Source: Vitrella brassicaformis CCMP3155 (Eukaryota; Protista; Chromerida). Taken from it: a stretch of DNA of 64,000 nucleotides. The stretch covers positions 1-64,000 of the forward strand of contig CDMY01000209.1 in NCBI GenBank assembly GCA_001179505.1. The letters run 5' to 3'. Positions 26,357-37,997 of this stretch are shown in pieces. Each line of letters opens with the position of its first letter. Positions within the stretch are counted from its first letter, which is position 1. The translations under genes and the position numbers were made by a program. The notes beneath the pieces were generated by a model that was not told where the DNA came from, ran no database searches, and worked only from the letters and a program-made list of their open reading frames with translations.

Positions 26357-26833
26357 TCTTCGGCCGTACACACTGCCCATCACATGCGCGGGTTTTCCAG
26401 TGTTTGCGGATGCTGTTTTGGTGAATGAATGGAATGCATGCTGGTCGGAAATGCCTTTTTCGGCTGTCCGTTTGTTGATTACCTATTGCTTTGAGGTTGG
26501 CCGAATAGCGTAGATGTGTGGCTGGATGAGGTGAGAGGGGGCTGTGCACGCGAGACTCCGCTGGGTCGTCTGTTTGTTGCTTCTTCGATTGCTGGCTGAT
26601 GCGCGTGTACAGGTGGTGTGGTGTGTCTTATCGTGTCGTTCCGTGTCGTGCCGTGCCTGGCTGCGTATGCCTGTACAGACAGACTGACTTGAAGTGTGCT
26701 GGCTGGCTGGCTGGATGGCTGGCTGCGTGAGTGCAGGATTGGACGTTGGACTGAAGGAACTCGAAAAATGCAATGGTTACATGTATCTTCATTTCGCACA
26801 GTCCACCCAATACCTGGCCGGACTCACCGAGAC

Positions 26834-26968
26834 ATGGCGGGCTGACAAACCGCACGCTGACATCGCCATCACTGCATGCGACGTTCATGCCGGCAGTCAG
26901 CTGCGTCACCAGTGCGGGTGCGATGCATGAGGAGGCAGGGAGCAGCTTCTCGATTGGCGTCTGCGGGG
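26834..26968 (-). pseudogene. Fragment of the metallophosphoesterase gene (copy of 60406-60539)
   Basis: IEKLLPASSCIAPALVTQLTAGMNVACSDGDVSVRFVSPP vs IEKLLPAYSCIAPTLVTQLTAGMNVTCSDGDVSVRFVSPP; +1 A insertion (gccaatcgag vs gccatcgag). Confidence 0.88.
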
Positions 26969-26999
26969 CGGCGCGAGATGCGAGCTTGGGACACACTGT

Positions 27000-27318
27000 A
27001 GGTTGGTTGGTTGGTTACGGGCCCTGGGGATGCCCCGCCTCCCAAGTCTTTGCGAGTCCGATTCATGTACACTGGCCACGCACGATCACACTCCGATCGA
27101 CCGATCGCACGCCTCTGTGTCCTCAGCTTTTACACGATTCGATTTCACGGCAGCTACCCTACGCATCCGAGTGCCACTCCTCGGCTGGTCCTCGCGGCGC
27201 GTCCAGTGAGATCCGTTTGACAGGCAGTCCAGTGAGATCCTTAGGGTAGCTAGTCTAGACTCCCCCCCGAAACTTGCGCCATGGGTCCGATGGAGGGCTC
27301 GAACCCATGACGACCGGC
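27000..27318 (-). mobile_element. SINE-like dispersed repeat, copy 2 (most complete)
   Basis: Minus strand reads GCCGGTCGTCATGGGTTCGAGCCCTCCATCGGACCCA (B-box-like), ~270 nt body, (AACC)n tail. Confidence 0.75.
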
Positions 27319-27369
27319 TCACATGACCGTGAGCTTTTCGTGAGAAAGAAGGCGGATGGGTTTGTCACA

Positions 27370-27679
27370 ATGGACAGAAGGGTGACAGCTCGTGTTCCAC
27401 GGAATTGGCCCGATGAGATCCGCTACCTCGTCACGAGCGTCGCTGAAGATGACTCATGGGATGCCATACCCCGGCAACACATCCCTGCCTCCGATGGCCT
27501 GCAGGGGTTGAGCATCCAGGAGATAACGGACGAGAGCCATCCGCTGGTGGGCGAGTAAGTGAGCGACGCACTCGATGGCCCATCGACGTGTGTCACTTTC
27601 GATGAAGGCTGTGCTGTGCGCTGCATGGTGCGGGGCGGTTGGTGTGTCTGCAGACGGTGCCTGGTCGCTGCGAGAAGGT
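27370..27679 (+). CDS. N-terminal fragment of a putative SET-domain protein (runs into gap)
   Basis: MDRRVTARVPRNWPDEIRYL...LSIQEITDESHPLVGE|RCLVAARR resembles the WP..Y...I..I.D..HP..G..GL.A start of a fungal/protist SET family; recalled similarity only. Confidence 0.45.
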
Positions 27680-27979
27680 NNNNNNNNNNNNNNNNNNNNN
27701 NNNNNNNNNNNNNNNNNNNNNNNNNNNNNNNNNNNNNNNNNNNNNNNNNNNNNNNNNNNNNNNNNNNNNNNNNNNNNNNNNNNNNNNNNNNNNNNNNNNN
27801 NNNNNNNNNNNNNNNNNNNNNNNNNNNNNNNNNNNNNNNNNNNNNNNNNNNNNNNNNNNNNNNNNNNNNNNNNNNNNNNNNNNNNNNNNNNNNNNNNNNN
27901 NNNNNNNNNNNNNNNNNNNNNNNNNNNNNNNNNNNNNNNNNNNNNNNNNNNNNNNNNNNNNNNNNNNNNNNNNNNNNNN
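27680..27979. other. Assembly gap (300 N)
   Basis: 300 N, right flank is repeat copy 3. Confidence 0.99.
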
Positions 27980-28200
27980 GACCGATCGCACGCCTCTGTG
28001 TCCTCAGCTTTTACACGATTCGATTTCACGGCAGCTACACTACGCATCCTAGTGCCACTCCTCGGCTGGTCCTCGCGGCGCGTCCAGTGAGATCCGTTTG
28101 ACAGGCAGTCCAGTGAGATCCTTAGGGTAGCTAGTCTAGACTCCCCCCTCGAAACTTGCTCCATGGGTCCGATGGAGGGCTCGAACCCATGACGACCGGC
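27980..28200 (-). mobile_element. SINE-like dispersed repeat, copy 3 (left part in gap)
   Basis: Matches copy 2 with a few substitutions; shared sequence ends at the same base (...gacgaccggc). Confidence 0.75.
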
Positions 28201-28249
28201 ACTGTAGAGAAGCCGTTACGGCCTGACCTCGACGTGAGCACAGATCCGA

Positions 28250-31200
28250 ATGTCACGTGGCGATAGAGGAGCCGACGACGACTGGGAACCGACGTGGACC
28301 CTGATAGACAGCATCAGAGAGGCCATCTACAGATCAGATGCGCATGGCGTGCTGAAGGCACTCGCCGGTCTGTTGCCTGAGCAAGCCGAGAAAGCGCTGA
28401 CGACTGGAAACTGGGTATGGGGCTCTGCCATCCATTACGCCGCAGGTATGCATTCGCACCACTGCACACATGATGCGGGAGGCTCATGTCTATGTGCGCT
28501 TCTCAGAATATTGTTCGGATGTTAAAGTGATTGAGATCATGCTGGAGGACCGGCGCCATCTGCTCAACCTTAAAGGACTGGTACATATCGTGCTGGATAA
28601 TTACAATCATTCTGGACACTAGCCGACCGTTGTCTTCATGCTGTGGCTGTAGGATGGCGACACGCCTCTCCAGTTGGCAGCACGACGAGGATCAGTTGGT
28701 GTGGTGGCGAAGTTCGTCGAGTGGGGCGGGGAAGAACTGCTGGAAGCTCGCGACAAAGCAAGGACGGGGGAATGCCGGCTGATGCATTGAACAGCAATTG
28801 CCTCTTTCATGCTGTGATTCAGGATGGTAGGACGCCCCTTCACGACGCAGCATGTCAGTAAGTCCTGCAAACGACGACCACAAGTGTACGAGTCTTCAAT
28901 TTGCCTCTTTCCGCTCTCCTGCAGGGACTGGCAAGGCTGATGTAGTGTGTTTCATGTTGAGGGTGAACCCGCAGCTCTTGAGAATCAAGGATAACGTAGG
29001 CTGCACTGCACCTTACGAGCAGTGTGTCGATATTGTCCATCCTCGTGACTCTGACAGATTGGAGAGACGCCTCTGGATGAGGCCCTTGCGAAGAAACCCT
29101 TAGTCGTCGTACCGATTGTTGTCGCGGCTGGAGACCTGGCCATGGAGCTGCTCGAGCGAGGCGTGAAAGTGGAAGATGTAGCGGCTCAGGGTCTGAAGGA
29201 GGTGGTGCCCTTCGCGAAGGGATTCCTAAAGGACCACTCCGAGTCACTGGGCCTCGACTGCCTTCGCCTATGTGCCGTCTTTCGCAAGCTGATGAAATTG
29301 CGACTGAAGGACTCCCTCACAGAGTGAGATTGGATGACGAGGAGGAGACAAGAGGCGAATATCTGAACGTCTTCATGTCTATGTGTCATCTATGTGTCAG
29401 TGACTTTGAGAAGATCTCCAATTGGCAAGAAGTAAACAATGACAAAGACACACACAGCAGTCTTCACTTCTGCTTTGATTATCCAATCGCTTCAGGCTCT
29501 CACAGCCAACTTCTGCAGCGATATATCCCCATGGGTCTTCGAACAGTCGCTTGCAGGCAAAGAGAGAGAATGGTTTGCGGCGCTGGAGTCGGCAGAGCCC
29601 CTCTCTGTCGTCACTCAAGGTAAGCCGCACAAACGATGTCCCCTGTCTGCCTGTCAGGCCACTCATGTCTCCTTCCTTCCTGTCGGTTTGCTCATGGCTT
29701 TTCCTTCCCTCTGCTGCGAATGATTGCGACAGCCAACTGCACCTCTCTCGTCACAGACCATTGGAAGCAGGACTATAAAGGCTGGAGGGTCAAACTGTCA
29801 CCCCGTGACGTCTTCATCACCCGCGTGGTGTCAATGCTGCTCATGTAAGAGGTGGCCTTGCACAACGATTGGGGCAGAGAGACACACGGCATGTGTGTGT
29901 GTTGTCAGGGTGGCCTTTGTGCTGCTGCACATCGAAGCAATCAAGGGAGACAGCGGCATGATGATGGCGTGGGTGTGGCCGTCGGTGTGGCTGTGGGGGG
30001 CAGTGCTGATCGGGAATGGCTTCATTGTCCTGAAGTTGTTTCAAGTAGCACAGACGAGAGCATGTATGATCAACAATGACATGTATCATCATTTTCTGTG
30101 CGTATGCAGGGCATCCGCTTGAAGGCAGGGTACTGGGCCGGCTCATGGTGCGCATCAGGCGTGCAGGTGGGGGGGGGGGGNNNNNNNNNNNNNNNNNNNN
30201 NNNNNNNNNNNNNNNNNNNNNNNNNNNNNNNNNNNNNNNNNNNNNNNNNNNNNNNNNNNNNNNNNNNNNNNNNNNNNNNNNNNNNNNNNNNNNNNNNNNN
30301 NNNNNNNNNNNNNNNNNNNNNNNNNNNNNNNNNNNNNNNNNNNNNNNNNNNNNNNNNNNNNNNNNNNNNNNNNNNNNNNNNNNNNNNNNNNNNNNNNNNN
30401 NNNNNNNNNNNNNNNNNNNNNNNNNNNNNNNNNNNNNNNNNNNNNNNNNNNNNNNNNNNNNNNNNNNNNNNNNNNNNNNNGCAGGTGGGGGGGGGGGGTC
30501 AATCGTTTACCCTTTGGGTGGGGATGCAGGAACTTGGTCGACATGGCGTCCTCTTTGTCGATCGCTGCCTTCATCGCCATCCACTTCACTGGCTGGTCAA
30601 GGGAGGCAGAGGTCGGCTCAGGGATCGTCATAGCACTGCTGTTTGCGCTGCGCCTCCTGCAAACCGCCAGCCTGCATCCAACCGTGGGACCGCTCATACT
30701 GTAAGTGAGAGAGACACAGAGCCACACAGAGAGAGGTGTCTGATGCTGTGTGTGATGGGAATGTGTGTTAGGGCAGTTGTGAGGATGTTTTCGGACATCA
30801 GCATGTTTCTGTGTCTGTACGTCTATATCCTGCTCGTCTTCGCCGGCGTCTTCACCCTCCTCTCGTCCGACGAAGACCACCAGTACTTCGGCTCATTCGC
30901 CAAAGCCACACTCACACTGTACTCGATGACACCGACACAGAGAGAGAGCGCAGGCCAGTCGTCATGTGCTGTTGGTTGGTTGGCTGCATTACTTTCTACT
31001 GTGGTCTTGGCGAGCTCAGTGAGGCGCTGAACAACGCCATCGAGAGCCACGACACGCTGGGGACCGTCCTGCTGTTCACATACGTCATCCTCTCGTCAAT
31101 CATACTCGTACGGGAGGCTCAGTACCACTCGTCCACTGAAACTAGCCACACACGAGGAATCCCTCTGTGGTCTCTCTCTGTCTGCATCGATAGCTCAACC

Positions 31201-32419
31201 TGCTCATCGCTATCATGGTGAGACAGACATAAAAGGGGCACCATACAGCGGTTCACTGTCTTCTGTGTGCATGTCTTCTGTCTGGTATCTGTCAGGCGTC
31301 GACGTATGCGGTGATTGAGAAGACACAGACCGCCCAATACCAGTCAGTAGACAGCCGAAAAAGACAGACGAATGACAGCGGCTCATTTGTAACGGCTCTC
31401 TCTCTGGTCGTGAATGACTGAGTGCAGGTTGCTGCGGATTCGCGTGTTGAATGAGTACCTCACAATGCCTCACCACGAGCGGCTGCCGCCTCCATTCAAC
31501 CTCATCGCTCGGTGCGACAAGGTATATGAGCTGCATACATCCCCCACATGTGAGCATGATCTGTGTCTATGCAGCTGTGGTCGTGTCGGAGCCCCTGCGG
31601 CATCTCGCATTCCTCATCAGCGGACGTCAGTCGGCACTCTGCCGCATTGCCTTCTGGTCGATGAAGGTCATGTACTTGACCATCGACGCCCTCCTATGTA
31701 CCGTCGCCTTCACACCAATAGCCATCTGCCGAATGGTAGAGGATGTCCAACAAGAGATACGGAGGGGAAAGTATTGGGCGGTACTTTGCATACCCTCTTT
31801 CATCCTCCTGGTGCCCCTACTTCTCCTGTGCGAGTACGTCAGCGGAGAGGTGAGACTTAAATCAGAATCACCATGACCCATCCACCAATGACATTTTGCT
31901 CTGTTCTCTCCTTTGGAATCTGTGTGTGGTCTCAAAGGAATCTTCCGAGGACACTGAGGAGAAGAAAGCTGAACAGAGGCGCCAAGCACATTACTGGATG
32001 AGGAACAGCATCGAAAATTGGATGGAGGCGGCGGACCATCACAACTCAAACTTCCCCGACGTCATGGCAGGTGAGACAGAAATTTCTTACGTATACATCC
32101 TGCCAACAGGAAAGACATACAACAGCTCTGTATGTATTCTGGCTTTCTGGACTGAATCTGCAGCCCTCAAGCAGAGTCAGTCTTCTCAATCCGAGATGCT
32201 GTCAGGTGAAAATGCTCGCCTACCTTAAACTATCATCTTAAAAATGATCCACGTCTGCGTTTGCGTTATGTCTCAGTCTTGCGGGAGATGCGGAAACAGC
32301 AAAAGCGAATGGGTGAGCGACAGACTGGGATGGAGATACGGCAGATGGAGATGGAGAAGCGAGAGATGGAGATGGACGCGCGGTTGAAGAAGATTGAGAA
32401 CAACGTGGGACAGCAGTGA
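28250..32419 (+). CDS. Ankyrin-repeat TRP-like cation channel, copy A (possibly 5' truncated and frameshifted)
   Basis: Ankyrin repeats (SAIHYAA, GDTPLQLAA, GRTPLHDAA), six-TM block, pore FGSFAKATLTLFYCGLGE, S6 ILLNLLIAIMASTY, LPPPFNLI and C-terminal coiled coil. Confidence 0.85.
30181..30480. other. Assembly gap (300 N) inside a poly-G intron, probably near zero real length
   Basis: Both flanks carry gcaggtgggggg; flanking exons splice in phase (GSW|NLVD), as in paralog B. Confidence 0.9.
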
Positions 32420-32812
32420 GGCTTTACAGAACAGCTCTGGATTTGCCTTCCAACTGCAGCCAAGGCGAGCTCTGGCTGCGGGGCTGGTCGCTATAGTATA
32501 GCTGTATGCCTGGATGCCCAGCAGCTTTTATGGAAGGCTCTAGCAGGGTTGCCTTTTCTATTTCAGTGTCACATTGAGGAGAGAGGGCAGCAGGAGCAGC
32601 GCATGGTTTGCTTTAAGTCGGGGGGATGTGATGGCCTCATGAGTGCTGGAGGGGGTCAAGCGAGGAAGACTGAGACACGACGACTAGCCACTGCTGAAAC
32701 GATTGCGCTGCTTGGATTGTTTATCATACCAATCAATAGTTCACACTTCAACTCGCCCACCAAGCACAACACACGGCCCAGGCATCACACACACAGCACG
32801 CCCAAGCGCACG

Positions 32813-33787
32813 TCATCCAAACAATCGAAAGCCTCCGTCTCTCTGCGTCTCTTCAAACAGCACAAAATGATACTTGCTGCCAGAACCACCGGTACTCGAC
32901 ACCGGTCCTCTGTTGATGCTGCCCACACGCCTGAAAGCATCGATGCCGCTCCTGAAGCCCCTCTTCGCTGTCGGGTCTTGGTCGTCGGACAGCACCGCGG
33001 GCACCGCTTCGCACGACAGACCGATGTCTTGGCAGGAAGGCACTGCACTGCCGAACTGCCGGGTCTTCAGCCGGGCGTCGCACGACACCTGGCCACTCAC
33101 AGGATTGGCAGTGACGCCAAAGGTGCACGAGGCCGAGGGATTGGACGAGAAGAGCTTGTCCAGCACGGCAGAGAAGCTGTCAGCCTCGCTGGTTGCAGCC
33201 ACCTCCCTGAAGGCCTCGAAGGTGTAGCACTTCCACATGAAGGGCATGGCCATGACGACACCGGACCGAAACTGCACCGGCTTCATCGCGATGCTGAACT
33301 TCCACCTCCCCCTGCCGCCCTGTTTGCTGAACTTGCGCCCGTCCACCACAGACACGGGGGCGAAGGACGGCAGCCGATAGCTCAAGTCGCACTCCGCATA
33401 GCTGTCTGGCTTCTTGACGATGATGTTCAGATCGCCGGCCTTCTCGGACGACTCCGAACGAGAGGAGCCCCCTCCAGCAGACTGCCGTGGCGAGAGCGTT
33501 GCTGTACTGTTGGGTGCTGAAGAGCCCACAGAGGAGCCGAAGATGCCTTGCCTCGTCGGGAAGGGCAGCTGCAGCGGCTGGGAGGCTGATGGCGTTGATT
33601 TCACCTGAGAGGCCGTCGTCGCAGCGGATGCATCTTTGAAGCTGCTGGGGAAGCGAAAACACATGGGGCGTCGGCTGCTAGTGCTGAGCCACGACCAGAT
33701 CTTTGCACATTCGGCGACCGATAGGATAAAGGACGTCACCAATGCGTGCAGCAGGACCATTGCAAGCCGCCAGCTGCGCCTGGGCAT
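32813..33787 (-). CDS. Single-exon hypothetical protein with signal peptide and Ser/Thr-rich leader
   Basis: 324-codon ORF from ATG 33787: MPRRSWRLAMVLLHALVTSFILSVAECA, S/T/P-rich stretch, then a Cys/aromatic globular region. Confidence 0.65.
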   Translation of the reverse strand: MPRRSWRLAMVLLHALVTSFILSVAECAKIWSWLSTSSRRPMCFRFPSSFKDASAATTASQVKSTPSASQPLQLPFPTRQGIFGSSVGSSAPNSTATLSPRQSAGGGSSRSESSEKAGDLNIIVKKPDSYAECDLSYRLPSFAPVSVVDGRKFSKQGGRGRWKFSIAMKPVQFRSGVVMAMPFMWKCYTFEAFREVAATSEADSFSAVLDKLFSSNPSASCTFGVTANPVSGQVSCDARLKTRQFGSAVPSCQDIGLSCEAVPAVLSDDQDPTAKRGFRSGIDAFRRVGSINRGPVSSTGGSGSKYHFVLFEETQRDGGFRLFG

Positions 33788-34745
33788 CGTTCTTGTCCGC
33801 CTTGCTGCAGATCCCTCATCTTGTCCATAATGCAACCACATCCTTGAACGCCTCTCTCAATCGGTGCGTCCGCTCCCTTCCTCTGCGCCTCTTGACGTGC
33901 AGTTTGGGGAAAAGGGCTCGGAAAAATTGCGAGCTAAGATGGGCGCCGCTCCCGATCGAACAGCGATGCAAAAGCGCCAATACAACAGGTTTTGTGCAGC
34001 TGCAGTGTGACTGGAAGGCAATGCGACGGAGGCATTCATTGATCTGAAGATCTCCATCGTTAAGCATTGACATCTGATGGGGAGTTCCGGCGGCCTCCGC
34101 AGCGCATCTGGCACGCTCTGTGGACCGCCCTACGCCCTTGTCTTCACGCTGCTGATGAATGCCCTTTTATGGCTCGTGGGAAGCGGCGGCGCATCGCGCA
34201 TCGAAGGTGCAGATCTTCCTTCCATTGTCAACGACAGAGGAGGGACTCAGCAGGGCAGCAGGCCGGCTGTCAGGTCGTCCAGACCACGAACACGGCTGCC
34301 GTGCTTGTTACCAGATCGGACCACACATTGCCACGCTGCTGGGGGTGATGATGATGAGTGTTCATGTGGCCCGTCAGAGAGGAGCTGTGGTGGCGGTTTG
34401 GGGTCAGGGAGGGGATGGACGAGGCGGAGAGGCAGCTCGTGTCTGTGTCTTTCAAACAGGCGGGGAGTGCCATCATCCAATGCGGGAAAAGGTACGATGG
34501 GCAGGATTCACGTTCACACTCATGGCCTCTTTCTCTTTGCTGCTTCTGCTTCAGAAGCGCCCTGCCATCGGTTGAGCCAGAGCTCAGCAAGATCTGGTCC
34601 TCTCGCGTTCGCTTTCCTTCCCCGCACCGGTGGCCCTACTCGCCTGCAGAAAGCCGTGAGGCAGCAGAAGTGGCGACGCGCACAGAGGAGGTGGCAAGGC
34701 CCACCTGGTGGCTATTCCCGAGTGCATGTGGGTCAGTCGAGTGTG

Positions 34746-34975
34746 ATGGGCATCCCAAAGTTGTTTCGGTGGCTGATCGATCTGTACCCGAGTGTGCGGC
34801 AGCGGATCGGTGACACCCTGGGCGACACGACGGTGGACACCTTTTATCTGGACATGAATGGCATCATACACATGTGCACACACGCCAATGTGGACGCAGA
34901 CTTCGTCGAACATGACGAAGAGGTGACAAGGAAAGCACACTCACACACACCCACATGGCATGGTGTCGTGCATAC

Positions 34976-35013
<38 letters not shown>

Positions 35014-37997
35014 GAGATGTTCCACCGGATCTTTGCCTACATCGACCGTCTGTACAAGATCATCAGGCCCCGGCGGCTCCTCTACATGGCTGTCGACGGC
35101 GTTGCGCCGCGGGCCAAGATGAACCAGCAGAGGAACAGGCGATTCCGATCGGCCAAGGAGGGCGAGCTGCTGCTCGAGCAGATGAAGAGCTCCACCAACG
35201 TGCGTGCGACAGCACGAGAGAGAGACAGAGACACTCAGGTGTGGACTGGCTGTGCCCTTTGTATGGATGTGTGTGTGTGCAGCCTGACCACAGCCGGTGG
35301 GTGGATGGGGATCGGAAGCGGTTCGACTCCAACTGCATCACGCCCGGCACCGACTTCATGTACAAACTCGGACTGGCACTCAGGTGGGTCAGTGGGTGGA
35401 CGGGCAGATATGCAAGTCACTGATCGGTCATCGTGAGCATTCACATGTGTATCGCCTATCGCAGGAAATGGGTGGCTTACAAGATCCAGACCGACCCTGT
35501 GTGGGCTGACGGGGCCAAGGTCATCCTGTCGGGCCCTGACGTGCCGGGCGAGGGCGAGCACAAAATCATGGACTACATCAGAGAGGTACATATCCACAGC
35601 ACAGCCACAAATCCACCCACCCACAGACCCAAAGAGACACGTTGCTGTGTCTGGTGGTGGTGCAGGCGAGTGCGACAGATCCGACGTGGAAGGGGACGGC
35701 TGACAACCCCGCCCCCCTGCAGCACTGCATGTACGGGCTCGACGCCGACCTCATCATGCTCTCGCTCGTGTCACACCAGCCCAACTTCATCCTGCTGCGC
35801 GAGAAGATGGCTGTCATACACCCCAGGAAGACTCGAAGGGACCCAGGCACAGGTGAGTGAATGTGGCTGCAGACAGAGGACAGGACAAGGACAGAGGTGT
35901 TTGTGTCGTGCAGGTCGTGTTCGTAAGCGTGACCCGATGACGTTCTCGCGGGAGGATTTTGAGATCCTCGATGTGTCAATCCTTAGAGAGGTGCGGCACG
36001 ATGAGACACACAGGCACGTCGGTCCCTCTTGCTGCATTCCCCTCTCTCTGTGTGTGTCTGTTTCTGTGCAGGTGCTGTACATGCAGTTCCGTGGCATCGC
36101 CAAGCACCCAGATCTCACCTTCGAGTGGGACCTCGAGCGGCTGATCGACGACTTCATCTTCCTCTGCTTCCTCATCGGCAACGACTTCCTCCCCCACATT
36201 CCCCACCTCGACATAGCGGAGGGCTCCATCAACGACATACTGGCTCTCTACATCAAGCTCCTCCCCAAGCTGGGCGGCTACCTCACCGACAAGGCCAAGC
36301 TGCACCCGCAGCGGCTTGAGGTGTTCCTGCGAGCCATCAGCCACAGCGAGGCGCTCTACTTCAGACGGAGGGCCAAACTCGATGACGAGCCGGCATTTGC
36401 CGATGCTGAGAAATACAAGGACCACTACTACTGGTGGGTGGGGCGATGGAGGCAAAGAGGACAGCAGACGGGGGGCGGTGGTGTGGCGTGCTTCACTGGA
36501 GTGTGTATGTGTGTTTGGTGTGTTTAGGATGAAGCTTGGGTTGCAGCCGCATGACGTGGAGGATAAGAGACGACTCAACCAGTGCTACCTCGAGGTAGAC
36601 ACAACACATTCACGCGCCTGAGACACACCGACACGGACTGCTCTGTGCCTTCTATGTGTCCATCTTTCCATCCATCAGGGGTTGCATTGGGTGTTGCACT
36701 ACTACCACCATGGCTGCGGCAGCTGGGCCTGGTACTACCCCTACCACTACGCGCCCCTGGCATCCGACCTCAGACACCTCGAATCCCTCAAAGTCGAATT
36801 CGACCGGGTGAGTCAAAAAGACAGACAGCAAGGGGACAGGATACTGTCAGAGTGTGTGTGTGTGTTGCTGGTGGCTGTCTGTGTGCAGGGTCGTCCGTTC
36901 ACGCCGTTGATGCAGCTGTTGAGTGTGATGCCGACGCAGTGCTCAGAGCTGCTCCCACAGCCTTACTCGTACGCACACAGCAACACAACGGCAAATCATG
37001 TCTCCGCAGCTGCGTACATGGCCATATCGGTGTGTGTGTGTGTGTGCAGTGCCCTGATGATCAACGAGTCCAGCCCCATCACGGGCTTCTACCCATCTGA
37101 TTTTCAAGTCGACCCCAACGGCAAAAAGTGAGACAGCAAGAGACGCGACACACATCGATCCATCGACGGCCCTTTGTAACTCCCCCCAACTCGTGCAGGA
37201 ATTCGTGGGAGTATGTGGTGCGCATTCCCTTCATTGACGAGGAGAAGCTCCTATCCGCCGTCGGGTCCATCAACCACAAGACACAACTCTCAAGACAAGA
37301 ACGAATGAGGTCAGTCACAACGAGATTCCTGCCACCAATGCACCCTCTCCTTTGCTCTCTGGTCAGAAATCTGCGCGGCCGCGACCACGTGTTCATCCCG
37401 CCGGGCTACAGCGACCGCATCGCTTCCTACATCAAAGACGACGCCACCGGCAAGAAGCGACGACCCGGCCGCACCACGGCCTTCGAAATGGACGACGACT
37501 CACTCCCCTACGTCGACCTCAGCCTCACGCGCCCATTCGCGAGGTCGCGCACACGAGGCAGGGCCGGTGGTGTGCGGAGGAACCCCATCAAACGGGCCAT
37601 CCCTCGAGTGCGTGACGGCGAGCTCAGGGCCATTGCCAAGCGGCTGCCGGAGGGCGAGAGGGCAGCAGACAGGGCGGCTGTGGATGTGAGGGTCAAGGGA
37701 GCTGAGAGGCTGCACTACTCGACAGGGGGGCGTAGGAAGGACGCCGTCAGCGGGAAGTTGAGAGAGGAGGCTGCGCGTCGGATCGACTCGACGCGCAAGG
37801 TGCTGGACTTGCGTGACAAGGGCAGCGGCTCAGAGCTGGCGATGATGGCCGTCAAGAGCGCTGTGCAGCGGAAGAAGCTCGACCTGGACCCTCGGCAGCT
37901 GGTGAGGCGGAAGAGGCAGCTGCAGCGGGTCTCAGAGAGCGGCCAGCAGGCAACAGACGGCGAGAAGAGCGCTGACGAGAAGATGGTGCATGGCTGA
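34746..37997 (+). CDS. 5'-3' exoribonuclease, XRN family, multi-exon
   Basis: [108 protein letters not shown]. Confidence 0.96.

Noticed and set aside
27280-27318. Functional tRNA gene
   Set aside because: Only a 3'-half-like sequence with a poorly pairing T-stem; no D-arm, A-box or acceptor partner; embedded in a repeat.
23871-28200. CRISPR array or Helitron
   Set aside because: Repeats are ~320 nt, dispersed and lack spacers; the CTAG is internal rather than terminal and no subterminal hairpin was seen.
13417-37997. Ribosome-biogenesis cluster (NOPCHAP1-like, RCL1, XRN)
   Set aside because: Such genes are numerous and are interspersed here with unrelated genes; chance is sufficient.
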